In this document: positions 22,793 through 36,735 of the stretch, in pieces
Position numbering within the stretch: the stretch's first letter is position 1
Layout of the letters: each line of letters begins with the position of its first letter
Assembly: GCF_001194135.2 (NCBI RefSeq)
Contig: NC_068988.1
Span: forward strand, 23,255,095 to 23,319,094
DNA from: Octopus bimaculoides
Taxonomy: Eukaryota
Direction of reading: 5' to 3'
Length of the DNA: 64,000 nt
Position numbers and translations under genes: made by a program
Notes under the pieces: model-generated
Databases searched by the model: none
What the model saw: the letters and a program-made list of their open reading frames with translations, nothing else
What the model was told of the DNA's origin: nothing

Positions 22793-23271
22793 TANNNNNN
22801 NNNNNNNNNNNNNNNNNNNNNNNNNNNNNNNNNNNNNNNNNNNNNNNNNNNNNNNNNNNNNNNNNNNNNNNNNNNNNNNNNNNNNNNNNNNNNNNNNNNN
22901 NNNNNNNNNNNNNNNNNNNNNNNNNNNNNNNNNNNNNNNNNNNNNNNNNNNNNNNNNNNNNNNNNNNNNNNNNNNNNNNNNNNNNNNNNNNNNNNNNNNN
23001 NNNNNNNNNNNNNNNNNNNNNNNNNNNNNNNNNNNNNNNNNNNNNNNNNNNNNNNNNNNNNNNNNNNNNNNNNNNNNNNNNNNNNNNNNNNNNNNNNNNN
23101 NNNNNNNNNNNNNNNNNNNNNNNNNNNNNNNNNNNNNNNNNNNNNNNNNNNNNNNNNNNNNNNNNNNNNNNNNNNNNNNNNNNNNNNNNNNNNNNNNNNN
23201 NNNNNNNNNNNNNNNNNNNNNNNNNNNNNNNNNNNNNNNNNNNNTATATATATATATATATATATATATAT

Positions 23272-23445
23272 GGTGGTTGTCTACTCCTTACACAGAGTTT
23301 GACCACCTCCTGCACCTACACCTTAGCCCCTTCATGGCATCTGATGTGGCTTTTTAAACCAGACAATGTTTTGAAAAAACACCCACACAGATTGCACCTC
23401 TGATTTGTACTACCAATACCTGCAGGTAAGTTCTGCTCATTGTGG
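23272..23445 (-). mobile_element. RTE-clade LINE 3' end fragment; 5' side abuts a family B 3' half (23450-23655)
   Basis: Minus-strand peptide NLPAGIGSTNQRCNLCGCFFKTLSGLKSHIRCH resembles the C-terminal C2H2-like motif of RTE ORFs, followed by a short 3' UTR ggtggtcaaactc...gagtagacaaccacc-(AT)n. Confidence 0.65.
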
Positions 23446-25005
23446 ATCCTATGTCTGTGTTTGTCCCCACAACATTGCTTGACAGCCGAGGCTGATGTGA
23501 TTATGTCTCCGTAACTTAGTGGTTTGGCAAAAAAGACCAATAGAATAAGTACTAGGCATACAAAGAATAAGTCTTTCGGTCGAATCGCTTGGCTAAAGGT
23601 GGTGGTCCTGCATGGCTGCAGTCAAATGACTGAAACAAGTAAAAGAATAAAAGAATATACATACATATATGTATGTGTGTGTGTGTGTGTGTGTTTATGA
23701 TAACAATAGTAATGTTAGGGTTTCGGTTATAGTACTGGGGGTTGTATAGGGATGCTGTTGATAGTATTGGTCATAGTGATGGCAATAATGGTTGTGGTGG
23801 TAGTGATGGTGGTCGCAGTAATGGTTATTATAGTGACAATGGTGATGTCTTTAATGACAGCAGCTGCAGTGGTAGGAGTGCGTATCGTAGCAGTTGTACG
23901 TGGTATAAATAGATAGATAGATAGAAAGGGGGGAGTATGACACCCAGCATTGTTGAAAAATATATGACATGCAGCAAAGAAATGGAAGGGTGCACAATAA
24001 GTGTGCAGCGCCGTTCGTTTGTAAAGTATCAGTAATATTGCTAGCGCCTCTCTCTCTCTTTCTTTCCTTCCATTGCCATGACCACCCCACCTCTGCACAC
24101 ACCCAAGGGGACACTTATGAATAATGATAAGAGATAATTTATTAACCCCTAGTGGGGTAGACACAGCGTAGGTGCAGGGTAGTGGCGGTGTTGGAGCTTT
24201 AGCTTATTAATGAGAATGCCATGCTATCTTACCTTTTTGTTTTCCCTTTCTGATACCTCGTATTAAATATTAATTATTCATCCCTAACATCATCATCATC
24301 ATCATTGTTGTCACGATCGTCACCACTACCATCACCACCATTTTCATCATCATTATCATCATCATCATCATCATTATCATCATCATCACCACCAACACCA
24401 TTTTCATCATTATCATCATCATCATCATCATCATCATAATCATCATCATCATCACCATCATCATCAATACCACCATCATGTTCATCATTATCATCATCAT
24501 CACCACCACCGCCATTTTCNNNNNNNNNNNNNNNNNNNNNNNNNNNNNNNNNNNNNNNNNNNNNNNNNNNNNNNNNNNNNNNNNNNNNNNNNNNNNNNNN
24601 NNNNNNNNNNNNNNNNNNNNNNNNNNNNNNNNNNNNNNNNNNNNNNNNNNNNNNNNNNNNNNNNNNNNNNNNNNNNNNNNNNNNNNNNNNNNNNNNNNNN
24701 NNNNNNNNNNNNNNNNNNNNNNNNNNNNNNNNNNNNNNNNNNNNNNNNNNNNNNNNNNNNNNNNNNNNNNNNNNNNNNNNNNNNNNNNNNNNNNNNNNNN
24801 NNNNNNNNNNNNNNNNNNNNNNNNNNNNNNNNNNNNNNNNNNNNNNNNNNNNNNNNNNNNNNNNNNNNNNNNNNNNNNNNNNNNNNNNNNNNNNNNNNNN
24901 NNNNNNNNNNNNNNNNNNNNNNNNNNNNNNNNNNNNNNNNNNNNNNNNNNNNNNNNNNNNNNNNNNNNNNNNNNNNNNNNNNNNNNNNNNNNNNNNNNNN
25001 NNNNN

Positions 25006-25044
<39 letters not shown>

Positions 25045-25297
25045 GTATATATATAATGTATATATATAAAGTATATCCTGTTTTTGAAATTGGTTCTCAA
25101 AGCATATAGAAAACTAGAAATAATAGGTTATAAGTAATGGGTTGCAAAGCCCTTTTCAAAAGAAAATATTGAAGGCCACCTTAACATCAACAATATATAT
25201 GTGTATGCATGCATGCATACATACATATATACATACATACATTCCTACCTACCTACCTACATACATACATGCATACATACATACATACATGCATGCA

Positions 25298-25328
<31 letters not shown>

Positions 25329-25329
<1 letters not shown>

Positions 25330-25544
25330 AGAGGATGCTGAAAATTTCCTGGCATCAAGGGTATTGTGAATAATCTGGTTGGAAACTCAATCTTCCGAGT
25401 TCTTAGACAGGCCTTAGAAAAACTGGAAGACCACTGCAATAAGCGTATGAGTCTAAGAAAGGAATATGTTACATAAAATCATAATTTACTGATTCTCCTG
25501 TATTTTCTTTTATCCAAACTGAAGAACTTTTCTGCACCCCCTCG
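25329..25544 (+). mobile_element. Internally deleted mariner derivative
   Basis: TIR agaggatgctgaaaatttcctgg / gaagaacttttctgcaccccctcg; retains a transposase C-terminus-like peptide QALEKLEDHCNKRMSLRKEYVT* (compare mariner G...L..RW.KC....G.YVE). Confidence 0.75.
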
Positions 25545-25847
25545 TTGGCAATTTTATATAGACTATAATAAAATGGAGGAAAAATAACAAAAAGTTGTGT
25601 GTCGTTTGCACTACCTTTCTTAACTAATTAAATAATGGCTTCTTAACTGAAAAGACACACTTGTTATTGTTATCTTACCTCCATTTTCTTATCTTCTATA
25701 TAAATTAAACTACGGTTTACCTGTTAAATTACCTGCTGCTGTATACCTTATACTAAGGATTATACTTACTAAGATAATTACCAGGTGTGCCTTTCAATAC
25801 ATTTATCCCTTAGAGGGTTTAAACACCTCTAACTTATACCTGCATAT

Positions 25848-25894
<47 letters not shown>

Positions 25895-27889
25895 NNNNNN
25901 NNNNNNNNNNNNNNNNNNNNNNNNNNNNNNNNNNNNNNNNNNNNNNNNNNNNNNNNNNNNNNNNNNNNNNNNNNNNNNNNNNNNNNNNNNNNNNNNNNNN
26001 NNNNNNNNNNNNNNNNNNNNNNNNNNNNNNNNNNNNNNNNNNNNNNNNNNNNNNNNNNNNNNNNNNNNNNNNNNNNNNNNNNNNNNNNNNNNNNNNNNNN
26101 NNNNNNNNNNNNNNNNNNNNNNNNNNNNNNNNNNNNNNNNNNNNNNNNNNNNNNNNNNNNNNNNNNNNNNNNNNNNNNNNNNNNNNNNNNNNNNNNNNNN
26201 NNNNNNNNNNNNNNNNNNNNNNNNNNNNNNNNNNNNNNNNNNNNNNNNNNNNNNNNNNNNNNNNNNNNNNNNNNNNNNNNNNNNNNNNNNNNNNNNNNNN
26301 NNNNNNNNNNNNNNNNNNNNNNNNNNNNNNNNNNNNNNNNNNNNNNNNNNNNNNNNNNNNNNNNNNNNNNNNNNNNNNNNNNNNNNNNNNNNNNNNNNNN
26401 NNNNNNNNNNNNNNNNNNNNNNNNNNNNNNNNNNNNNNNNNNNNNNNNNNNNNNNNNNNNNNNNNNNNNNNNNNNNNNNNNNNNNNNNNNNNNNNNNNNN
26501 NNNNNNNNNNNNNNNNNNNNNNNNNNNNNNNNNNNNNNNNNNNNNNNNNNNNNNNNNNNNNNNNNNNNNNNNNNNNNNNNNNNNNNNNNNNNNNNNNNNN
26601 NNNNNNNNNNNNNNNNNNNNNNNNNNNNNNNNNNNNNNNNNNNNNNNNNNNNNNNNNNNNNNNNNNNNNNNNNNNNNNNNNNNNNNNNNNNNNNNNNNNN
26701 NNNNNNNNNNNNNNNNNNNNNNNNNNNNNNNNNNNNNNNNNNNNNNNNNNNNNNNNNNNNNNNNNNNNNNNNNNNNNNNNNNNNNNNNNNNNNNNNNNNN
26801 NNNNNNNNNNNNNNNNNNNNNNNNNNNNNNNNNNNNNNNNNNNNNNNNNNNNNNNNNNNNNNNNNNNNNNNNNNNNNNNNNNTATATATATATATATATG
26901 AACACACACATGTGCGCACATATACATATACACACGGTAGGCTTCTTTCAGTTTTCCTTTGACCAAATCAGGCTTTGGTCAGCTTGGATCTATAGTAAAA
27001 GACACCTACCAAAGATGCTACACTGTGGGATGGAACCTGTAACCATGTGGTTGAGAAACAGACATTTTAAACACGCAGGCCTTATGTGCGTATGTGTGTG
27101 TTTGTATTATACAAGGTCATTATGAACTGATCTTATAATTAAAATTATTAATATTAACTTTTAAAACTTAAATATCTTTCCTAATCGAATAAGTTTCTAA
27201 AGAAACCAGATGTATTCATTTAATTGTCATCAATCAAAAAAATTTCATCAAGTTTCAAACAAATAAAGAAAAAAAATTAACAAGAACTTATTTTGAAAAA
27301 AGTAATGTTTCTTAGCTAAACCTCATTCGAGAAGTGGCTCTTGTGCTCCCATATAACAAATGGGATTTTTGAGTAGAACTGAAAACCAGCTGCAAAATGC
27401 ATTCCTAGATCTCTGGAATGGCAGCATGGTTTGTATATATATAATGATGGTGGAAATATTGAAAATGAGCAATCTTGAGAATAAATTTATTTTAGATTGC
27501 AAGAATATATATTCCTGTATTTTTTTTTTTGTCTTTTTTTTACATAGATTAATTCAACTATAAATACAGCTGAAGTTATATTAATGTAAAATTGTATAGG
27601 ATTGGAAACAAGGAACTCTGAGTAGCAATTCTTGGAAACTTGGCTTTGAATAAATATTATTCTACTCTGCCTGATAATACGGAGTACTTGCATTTTTTTT
27701 TTTGTTTTTTTCATTTTCTACTAGTGTAATATTATCAGTCATTAGTGACACAGAGATATGATACAAACACACACATACATACATACATACATACATACAT
27801 ACATNNNNNNNNNNNNNNNNNNNNNNNNNNNNNNNNNNNNNNNNNNNNNNNNNNNNNNNNNNNNNNNNNNNNNNNNNNNTATATATATA

Positions 27890-28215
27890 TGGCTCCCATG
27901 CCATTGGCATGTAAAAAGCACTATCCGGACATGATCGACGCCAGGGCTGCCTGACTGACTCCTGTGCTGGTAGCACATAAAAAGCACCACCCAAGTGGCC
28001 GATGCCAGTGCCTCCTGACTGGCTCCCATGCTGGTGACATGTAAAAAACACTATCCAAAAGTGATCGATGCCAGGCCTACCTAACTGCCTCCTGTGCCGG
28101 TGGCATGTAAAAAGCACTCACTACACTCTCAGAGTAGTTGGCATCGGGAAGGGCATCCAGTTGTAGAAACCTTGTGAGTTCAGATTGGCTTTCCAGGCCT
28201 CAGTCAAACCATCCA
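27890..28215 (+). mobile_element. Family A element with 4 internal modules, 3' truncated
   Basis: Modules (gg)tggcatgtaaaaagcac...gatgccag...ctgactggctcc, then ggaagggcatccagttgtagaaacc. Confidence 0.8.
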
Positions 28216-28434
28216 GTGAGAGGACAAATGAAAGAAGGGCATTCAACACATTTATTGGGGGTTACATGTATGGATGAAAACAGTTTTATTTAAATTCCAT
28301 GCTACTTAAGGTTCTTCAATTCAAATTTCTACTGGCCCATGAGACTTTAAGTAACACGGAATTTGTATCAAACTGTTCTGATCCATACATATGCATATAT
28401 GTGTGTATCTATGTATATATGTATGTATGTGTAT

Positions 28435-28849
28435 GCGTGGCTCTGTGCTTAGAAGTTTGCCTTCCAGCCACATGGTTCTGGGTTCAATCCCGCTATGTGG
28501 CACCTTTGGCAAGTGTCTTCTACTTTAGCCTCAGACTGACCTTAGTATATTTGGTAAACACAAACTGAAAGAAGCCTGTTGTGTATATATATATATATGT
28601 GTATGTATGTATGTGTTTATGTGTCTGTGTCTTTGTGTCCATGTTTGTCCCCCCATGCTATTGCTTGGCAACCGGTGCTGGTGTGTTTATGTCCCTATAA
28701 CTTAGCAGTTCAGCAAATGAGACTGATAGGATAAGTACTAGGCTTACAAAGAATAAGTCATGGAGTCAATTTGTTCGACTAAAACCCTTTAAGGCAGTGC
28801 TCCAGCATGGCCACAGTCAAATGGTTGAAACAAGTAAAAGAATAAAAGA

Positions 28850-28850
<1 letters not shown>
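28435..28850 (+). mobile_element. Family B SINE
   Basis: Head ggttcaatccc, internal (TA)n(TATG)n, tail gaaacaagtaaaagaataaaag followed by (TG)n. Confidence 0.85.
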
Positions 28851-28927
<77 letters not shown>

Positions 28928-28954
28928 CTGGACTCTTCCATCGTTGGATGGCAG

Positions 28955-29195
28955 ATGATTGCACTGTAATTTCTTGCTGAACAACTTTGGAGTTGATTCG
29001 TTTGTAATAATCAGATGTTTGTTTTGTACATAATAAGCTCTCTCGCTCCATCAAATCAACATTACCTGTACAGGTGCACAAATGTGCTACACATCAAATG
29101 TTGAAATGGCTGCAGTGCAACATGAATACCACTCAATTTAGGAATTGAACCCATGATCTAACCATCGTGTGTGAAACACATTAACCACTAGGCCA
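28955..29195 (-). mobile_element. Family F SINE, diverged
   Basis: Similar to 17415-17712 (ctcgctccatc...gtgcaca...ggaattgaacc...taaccactaggccat). Confidence 0.6.
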
Positions 29196-29709
29196 TATTG
29201 TTTTTTTATCCACTGACTATGTTAACGAAGACTGACTTGTCTAACTGCATCTTGGCTGTGTTTCATTTCTATAACAATATCGTTTAAATCATTCAACTAT
29301 AGTACCCCATAAAATTTCCCCTGCATTATCATCATTGGTTTTATTAGAGTCTTGCCCTTTTAACTGGTAACTAACATCTTGATTTAAGATCTTGATTTCT
29401 GCTGATGGATGTCCTTCCTAATAGCAACCAATTTACAGAGAGCACTTGGTGCTATTTTTCATACCATCATTAATATTAAGCTGGTTATATCCCTAAATGG
29501 TTCTTATATATGTAAGTGGGGGAAGAACAGTGATTCTGTTTCCTTTCTTTATATTATTAATTAAATATTTAACCAATTAACTGATTAATTGCTTGACCAA
29601 CCAATCACTTGATTTGCCAATTATGACCGCATCTATTATGTGCTGTCATTAATCCAGGTTTGTCATGTTGTATCCAAATACAGAAATATATACATGTAGA
29701 TATGTGTAC

Positions 29710-29802
<93 letters not shown>

Positions 29803-29876
29803 CTTCAATCTGTCAATCTATTTGTATTTATATATGTATGTATATATCTTTTATCTGTGTGTACATTAATGTGTGT

Positions 29877-29920
<44 letters not shown>

Positions 29921-30118
29921 GTACATACACACATAAATAGTAATACACATACAAATATGTATATGCATGTTTATATATAAATATACATGTTTGTATAAAT
30001 GTAAATATATATATAGAAAGAGAGAGAAAGAGAGAGAGGGAGGATAAAGATAGATAAGTAGATAGATATGTGATCTCTGCTGGCATTTTTAATGATTTAA
30101 TATCTTAAATTACTTTCT

Positions 30119-30322
30119 TTAATATCCAGTCTTCATTAAATGTCTTCTCCAAGCTTTAGGGCAGTTGTCAAAAGCACACATGCTCACTGAATCAGACAGA
30201 CTATTTTTATATACATCAGCGAGATGTATCAATAATAGAACATCTGGTTTTGGTATATATTTGGCTACAAAAGTATGAGCAATATTACATAACACATCAT
30301 AGTCCGCATGAAATAATTGCTT
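30119..30322 (-). CDS. Candidate coding exon (unverified): KQLFHADYDVLCNIAHTFVAKYIPKPDVLLLIHLADVYKNSLSDSVSMCAFDNCPKAWRRHLMKTGY*
   Basis: Strong acceptor atactttttctatacag|; 67 open codons of normal complexity; internal phase-0 donor tca|gtgagc after codon 45; not in the ORF track because there is no early start codon. Confidence 0.4.
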   Translation of the reverse strand, partial: KQLFHADYDVLCNIAHTFVAKYIPKPDVLLLIHLADVYKNSLSDSVSMCAFDNCPKAWRRHLMKTGY

Positions 30323-30764
30323 CTGTATAGAAAAAAGTATTTCTGAAATTTGCTACAAAATAATTTTGGTTCATTTACAAACCCCCTAGAGTGGACATAT
30401 GGTTCCAACAACCAAGATATTGACATTTCAACTAAGTCGGGTCTCATTTGTGATTGGTACAAAGAGATTTAAATAGTCTGAAAATATTAGAGTAGTGTAG
30501 TTTTAATCCATCTGTTACTTTGTTTCTTTTGAAATATGCTGCTATTTGTTTCAATCAGATTTTGCAAAATCATAAAGAATTTAGTGAAATAAATTGTTCT
30601 GAAGTTGGTGTTTAGAACATAAATTAATGTAAAAAGTGTTGATGAATAGTCACCTTTCGCTTTTTACATGCTTAAGTCACTGGACTGTGGCCATTCTGGG
30701 GCACCATCTTGCAGGATTTAGTCAAACAAATTTTATCATTAATGTTATGCAACGTTTCAAAGTC

Positions 30765-31057
30765 TACCCAGGCTCATGGACCCGGTTTCCCGGTTTCTAT
30801 GGCGTATCTGTCCCACCCTACCCAGCTGGACGGGATGTCAGTCCATCGCAGCGTTACTCAAGAAACAAGAAGAAAGAGTGAGAGAAAGTTGGGGCGAAAG
30901 AGTACAATAGGGGTCGCCACCCCTACCCCCCCTGCCGGAGCCTCATGGAGCTTTTGGTGTTTTCGCTCAATAAACACACACAACGCCCAGTCTGGGAATC
31001 AAAACCGCGATCCTCTGACTGCAAGTCCGCTGCGCTAACCACTGGGCCATTGTACCT
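30765..31057 (-). mobile_element. Family D SINE with alternative tail D2
   Basis: Head tggcccagtggttag...gattcccagac shared with 47391; after ~200 nt it switches to gcgatggactgacatcccgtccag...ccatagaaaccgggaaaccgggtccatgagcc. Confidence 0.85.
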
Positions 31058-31364
31058 ACACAGTCAAACAAATTAATCCTACTAATATCATCCTCATCAT
31101 CATCATTTAGCACTCGTTTTCCGTGCTGGAATGGGCTGGATGGTTTGGCAGGAGCTGGCAAAGAGAAGAGATCCAAACCAGGCTCCATTTGTCTGCTTTG
31201 GCATGGTTTCTGTGTGTATACATGATGGAATTCCACAGAGTTTCCATCTATAAAAATCAAGATACTGATTAATACAAGATACTTGCCCATGGCACTGTGT
31301 ATTGATTTTGAAAATAATCCAATTTTCCAAAAAAATAAGAAAATATTGTCGTCTCTTTCATTGG

Positions 31365-31780
31365 ACACGAAACTCAGCTTACGAAGACCTGTTGGAGCAA
31401 GCGAAAGCGAAATCATCATGGCACCTGTGCCCAGCATCGCCTTCCTGGCACTTGTGCCGGATGGCATGTGTAAAGACATTCGAGCGAGATTGTTGCCAGT
31501 GCCGCCGAACTGGCTCCTGTGCAAGTGGCACGTAAAATACACCATTTTGAGCGTGGCTATTGCCAGCACAGCCTTACTGGCCTTCGTGCCGGTGGCATGT
31601 AAAAAGCACCCATTACACTCTCGGAGTGGTTGGCGTTAGGAAGGGCATCCAGCTGTAGAAACTCTGCCAAATCAGATTGGAGCCTGGTGTAGCCATCTGG
31701 TTTCACCAGTCCTCAGTCAGATCGCCCAACCCATGCTAGCATGGAAAGCAGACATTAAACAACGATGATGATGATGATGA
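31365..31780 (+). mobile_element. Long family A element including upstream LINE-end-like sequence
   Basis: gaaactcagcttacgaagacctgttggagcaagcgaaag..., three modules, conserved tail, (GAT)n. Confidence 0.85.
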
Positions 31781-32557
31781 CTCTCTACAATTAAAACCAT
31801 ATTCAAAAATCTAACTTCAGTGAAATTCTTAAATGGAATTAAAACAAAACATTTAAATTTAAATGCAAATATCATAGAATTTGCAGTTTTGTATCTTGAA
31901 TCTAGAGAATGAATTGGACATATTGGTGGCAAACTGGTTAAATCTCATACAGTTTTAAAAGTTCACGACATCTCTGCAGACAATATCTTTCACTGTACTT
32001 CTCCATTTATATTAGTATTAATTGGATAGAGTAATCAGCCGAATCGAAGTTATATATATAGGCAATATGTTTGATATATTTTTATATATGTATGTATCTG
32101 TTGGTGTTTGTGTATCTATTATCTCGTTATCTATTACCTGTTCATTTACTTATCTTCCTGTCTCCTTCATGTTTTCCTATCTTGAATTCCTACATCTAAT
32201 TATCCATCTATCTAATTATCTGTTTCTACCTGTCCATCTGCATACACACACATCCTTGTGTGCACACATGAACACACATGCATGCGCATACACACACATA
32301 TGCGCACAAACACACTTAGTGGTGTGTTTGTAATGTTTCATATACATGTGTGTATTTCCTTATCTGTGTTTATGTTTATGAAACAGACAGAGGAGGCTAT
32401 CATTGATATATATATATACATATATACACGCACACATCCATATATATTCACACACACACATATATATTCACACACACACATATATATATGTGTTAGTATA
32501 AATAATGCATATGTATGTATATGTAATATATGTGTATATGTGTGGGCATAGTATGTA

Positions 32558-32622
<65 letters not shown>

Positions 32623-32687
32623 GTACATGTATATGTGTGTGCATAGTATATATATATATATGTATGTATAAATATATGTATATGTAT

Positions 32688-32724
<37 letters not shown>

Positions 32725-33296
32725 ATATGAATAAATGAATATGTATATGGCTAAATAAATATATATATATGTGGATAAATGAATATATATATTGCTAAAT
32801 AAATACATGTGGATAAATAACATGCAGGTGTTATTCAAATCATTTATACTTCCAACATATGTTTCGAAAAAAAGCATTGAGATTATTCCGGAGGGAATAA
32901 ATATGATGTAAAACAATGCAATCTTCTCGCCAGAGAAAAAAAAAGGAACGAAACACATCAATAAGCCATTTTAACTGATGTATGCATGTATAAATATATG
33001 CATATGTATGTACATGTATATGTGTGTGTGTGTGTATATAAATGTATATGTACTTATATGTGCATGTTTGTATCTGCATGCATGTATATATATATATATA
33101 TATGTTCATCTGTATATAAAAATCATCTTCATCATTTGGTGTCTGTTTTCCATGCTGGCATGGGTTAGACAGTTTTACTGGGACTGGTAAGCCAGTGAAC
33201 GGTACCAGGTTCCAGTCTAATTTTGGTATGCTTCCTATGGCTGGATGCCCTTCCTAATACCAACCACAGCTGTAGATGTCTTTTACATGCCACAAA

Positions 33297-33350
<54 letters not shown>

Positions 33351-34109
33351 NNNNNNNNNNNNNNNNNNNNNNNNNNNNNNNNNNNNNNNNNNNNNNNNNN
33401 NNNNNNNNNNNNNNNNNNNNNNNNNNNNNNNNNNNNNNNNNNNNNNNNNNNNNNNNNNNNNNNNNNNNNNNNNNNNNNNNNNNNNNNNNNNNNNNNNNNN
33501 NNNNNNNNNNNNNNNNNNNNNNNNNNNNNNNNNNNNNNNNNNNNNNNNNNNNNNNNNNNNNNNNNNNNNNNNNNNNNNNNNNNNNNNNNNNNNNNNNNNN
33601 NNNNNNNNNNNNNNNNNNNNNNNNNNNNNNNNNNNNNNNNNNNNNNNNNNNNNNNNNNNNNNNNNNNNNNNNNNNNNNNNNNNNNNNNNNNNNNNNNNNN
33701 NNNNNNNNNNNNNNNNNNNNNNNNNNNNNNNNNNNNNNNNNNNNNNNNNNNNNNNNNNNNNNNNNNNNNNNNNNNNNNNNNNNNNNNNNNNNNNNNNNNN
33801 NNNNNNNNNNNNNNNNNNNNNNNNNNNNNNNNNNNNNNNNNNNNNNNNNNNNNNNNNNNNNNNNNNNNNNNNNNNNNNNNNNNNNNNNNNNNNNNNNNNN
33901 NNNNNGCTTTGGTGGTGGTGGTGGTGGTGGTGGTGGTGGTGGTGGTGGTGATGATAACCTTGAGAATTATGATGATGATGATGTTAGGGATTTTGTCCTC
34001 ATCAATGATGCAAAACGTAGCAACATTGATGATGATGATGATGATAGTGATGATGATGATGATGATAGTGATGACTATGATGGTGAACAAGGAGAAATAC
34101 GTTGATTAT

Positions 34110-34295
34110 GATTGCTTTTAATTTTGGCACGAGAACAGCAGCTTTGAGGGGAGGGGTGGTTATATTGACTCTAGAACATAATTTTATTGATCCCGAAAGG
34201 ATAAAAGGTGAAGCTGACCTTGTCAGGATTTGAACTCAGAGCCTGAAAAAAAATGCTGCCAAGCAGTTTGTCTGATGTGCTAATGGTTCTGTCAT
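34110..34295 (-). mobile_element. Family C SINE
   Basis: gatcccgaaaggataaaaggtgaagctgaccttgtcaggatttgaactcag. Confidence 0.75.
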
Positions 34296-34794
34296 TAGGA
34301 TGTTACTTTAGGCTGTTGCTAAAAATGACAACATTGTTAACCTTCGATGATGACAATGCACTTGTTGTCAGCACTTAGGTATGTACTCATGATGATGACA
34401 ATGATAAGCACGAGTTTGGCAATGATGACGATGGTGGAAACGGTGAGGATAATGACACCACAATGAAGGTTAAGAATTTGATGCTGATGGTGATGATGAT
34501 GAAATAATTCGCAGTCTCTTTGTTCTTTGCAACAATGAGGCTTTTGTTTTTCCATGGTATTGTTGGAATAACAGTAGCATTGGTATATTAGATCACAGAT
34601 GACTAAATCTTTAGTATGTTGTGCTGTCACCATTCATTTCAAAGGTGGCAATGTAGAGGTGGTGGCAGTAGCAGTGATCACGGTTGTGGTGGTGAAATTT
34701 GGAATACTTGCAATCAGTAGAATGAAATGTAGGACTTTGTTGACAGCGATTCTAGGAAGGCCCTACTTAACTCTCTGCACCACTGAGCTCTTAT

Positions 34795-35050
34795 CATCGT
34801 CATCATCATCGTTTAACGTCCGTTTTCCATGCTAGCATGGGTTGGACGATTTGACTGAGGACTGGCGAACCAGATGGCTGCACCAGGCTCCAATCTGATT
34901 TGGCAGAGTTTCTACAGATGGATGCCCTTCCTAACGCCAGCCACTCCGAGAGTGTAGTGGGTGCTTTTACGTGCCACCGACACGAAGGCCAGTCAGGCGG
35001 TAATGGTAATGACCACGCTCAAAATGGTGTATTTTACATGCCATTTCATG
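34795..35050 (-). mobile_element. Young family A element
   Basis: catcatcgtttaacgtccgttttccatgctagcatgggttggacgatttgactgagg... Confidence 0.9.
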
Positions 35051-35187
35051 ATTCAAGCTAATCAGGTCCTTACCTAGTAATACACCAAGGTCAGGTCAGT
35101 GATATTGCTATCATATACAAACAATATATGAAGACAAAGATGTACTTACTAAGGTAAACACAGATTTGTACTCAGGTTGTTTGTATA

Positions 35188-35730
35188 TTCTTTTACTTGT
35201 TTCAGTCATTTGATTGCGGCCATGCTGGAGCACCGCCTTTAGTCGAGCAAATCAACCCCAGGACTTATTCTTTGTAAGCCTAGTACTTATTCTATCGGCC
35301 TCTTGCCGAACCGCTATATTTACGGGGACGTAAGCACACCAGCATCGGTTGTCAAGCGATGCTGGGTGGATAAACACAGACACACAAACNNNNNNNNNNN
35401 NNNNNNNNNNNNNNNNNNNNNNNNNNNNNNNNNNNNNNNNNNNNNNNNNNNNNNNNNNNNNNNNNNNNNNNNNNNNNNNNNNNNNNNNNNNNNNNNNNNN
35501 NNNNNNNNNNNNNNNNNNNNNNNNNNNNNNNNNNNNNNNNNNNNNNNNNNNNNNNNNNNNTATATACAATGGGCTTCTTTTCAGTTTCCGTCTACCAAAT
35601 CCACCCACAAGGCTTTGGTCTGCCTGAGGCTATAGTAGAAGACACTTGCCGAAGGTGCCACACAGTGGGACTGAATCCGGAACTATGTGGTTGGGAAGCG
35701 AGCTTCTTACCACACAGCCACTCCTGCACC
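35188..35730 (-). mobile_element. Family B SINE; gap 35390-35560 lies in its internal microsatellite
   Basis: Tail ttcttttacttgtttcagtcatttga at the left end, head ccacacagccactcctgcacc at the right end. Confidence 0.9.
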
Positions 35731-36136
35731 TATGAGTTTACTCATTGTTTACTTTAGGATGACATTGTAGGGTAGGTGTGAGAGGTCGGATCTGGCCAGT
35801 TTGAACATAAACCAAGGTAGAACATTCCAGCCGGATATGGCTGAAGATTGAGGAAGATTAGGGTACGATTTCATGCAAGTCAGTCACCAACTCAACGTAT
35901 AGTTTTAATTGCTCTGCTGTCTCAGTCAGGTTTTTGTTTCCTCAGGGTGGTGATGATGATGATGTTGATGGTTATCAGGGTGCGATGGTGAGGGTTGCTG
36001 CTGCTACTGCTGCTGCTGCAGTCAGTACTATCAAGGCAAAATACAATTGTTTTCCATGTATTATGTCATGTCATGTGGTTGGTTTTTTTTTTTGGTCTTT
36101 TTATTTTTCTCATTTTACATTCTCATCATTGCATGG

Positions 36137-36169
<33 letters not shown>

Positions 36170-36735
36170 CACATTGTCAAAATTGATTTCAGTTCCTTAA
36201 TTTGTCTGGGGATGTTGAGAATTCTTCCGATTGAAGCTTGTTAATAAACAAGACGCTATTAACATGGCCGATACAAACCAGTGTTGATTGTTACTTGGAG
36301 TATTCGCAACAATCTTCTTCTTCTTCTTATTTTGCTCTCTTCTTCTTCTTCTTCTTCTTCTTCTTCATTCCTCTTCTTGTTTTTCTCTCTTCTGCTTCTT
36401 CTTCTTTTCCTTCTATTTCTTGTCTTCTCTCTTCTTCTGCTTCTTTTCCTTCTACTTCTTGTCTTCTCTCTTCTTCTTCTTTTCCTTCTATTTCTTATCT
36501 TCTCTCTTCTCTCTTCTTCTTCTTCTTCTTCTTCTTCCAAGTCTACTTCTCCCTTATCTTTCCTCCCCCTCCTCCTCCTCCTCCTCATCATCATAGCAAC
36601 AGCAGCAACTGTACAATAATGGTAATAGTAACTTGTAGTTAGTTACCAATAATAACAACAACAACTACAACATCCCTCCTGCTGCTAGTAGTCATTATTA
36701 TTAGTAGTAGTAGTAGCAGTAATAGTACTCTATAC

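Noticed and set aside
22755-22794. Minus-strand donor tca|gtaagt suggesting an exon
   Set aside because: Falls within the terminal inverted repeat of the Tc1/mariner-type MITE.
23405-23432. Second AG|GTAAGT motif (cctgcag|gtaagtt)
   Set aside because: Lies inside the antisense of an RTE LINE fragment and has a poor pyrimidine tract; probably coincidental.
36259-36619. Arg/Glu/Ser/Leu-rich ORFs
   Set aside because: (TTC)n-derived low-complexity tract with a ~39-bp cryptic unit.
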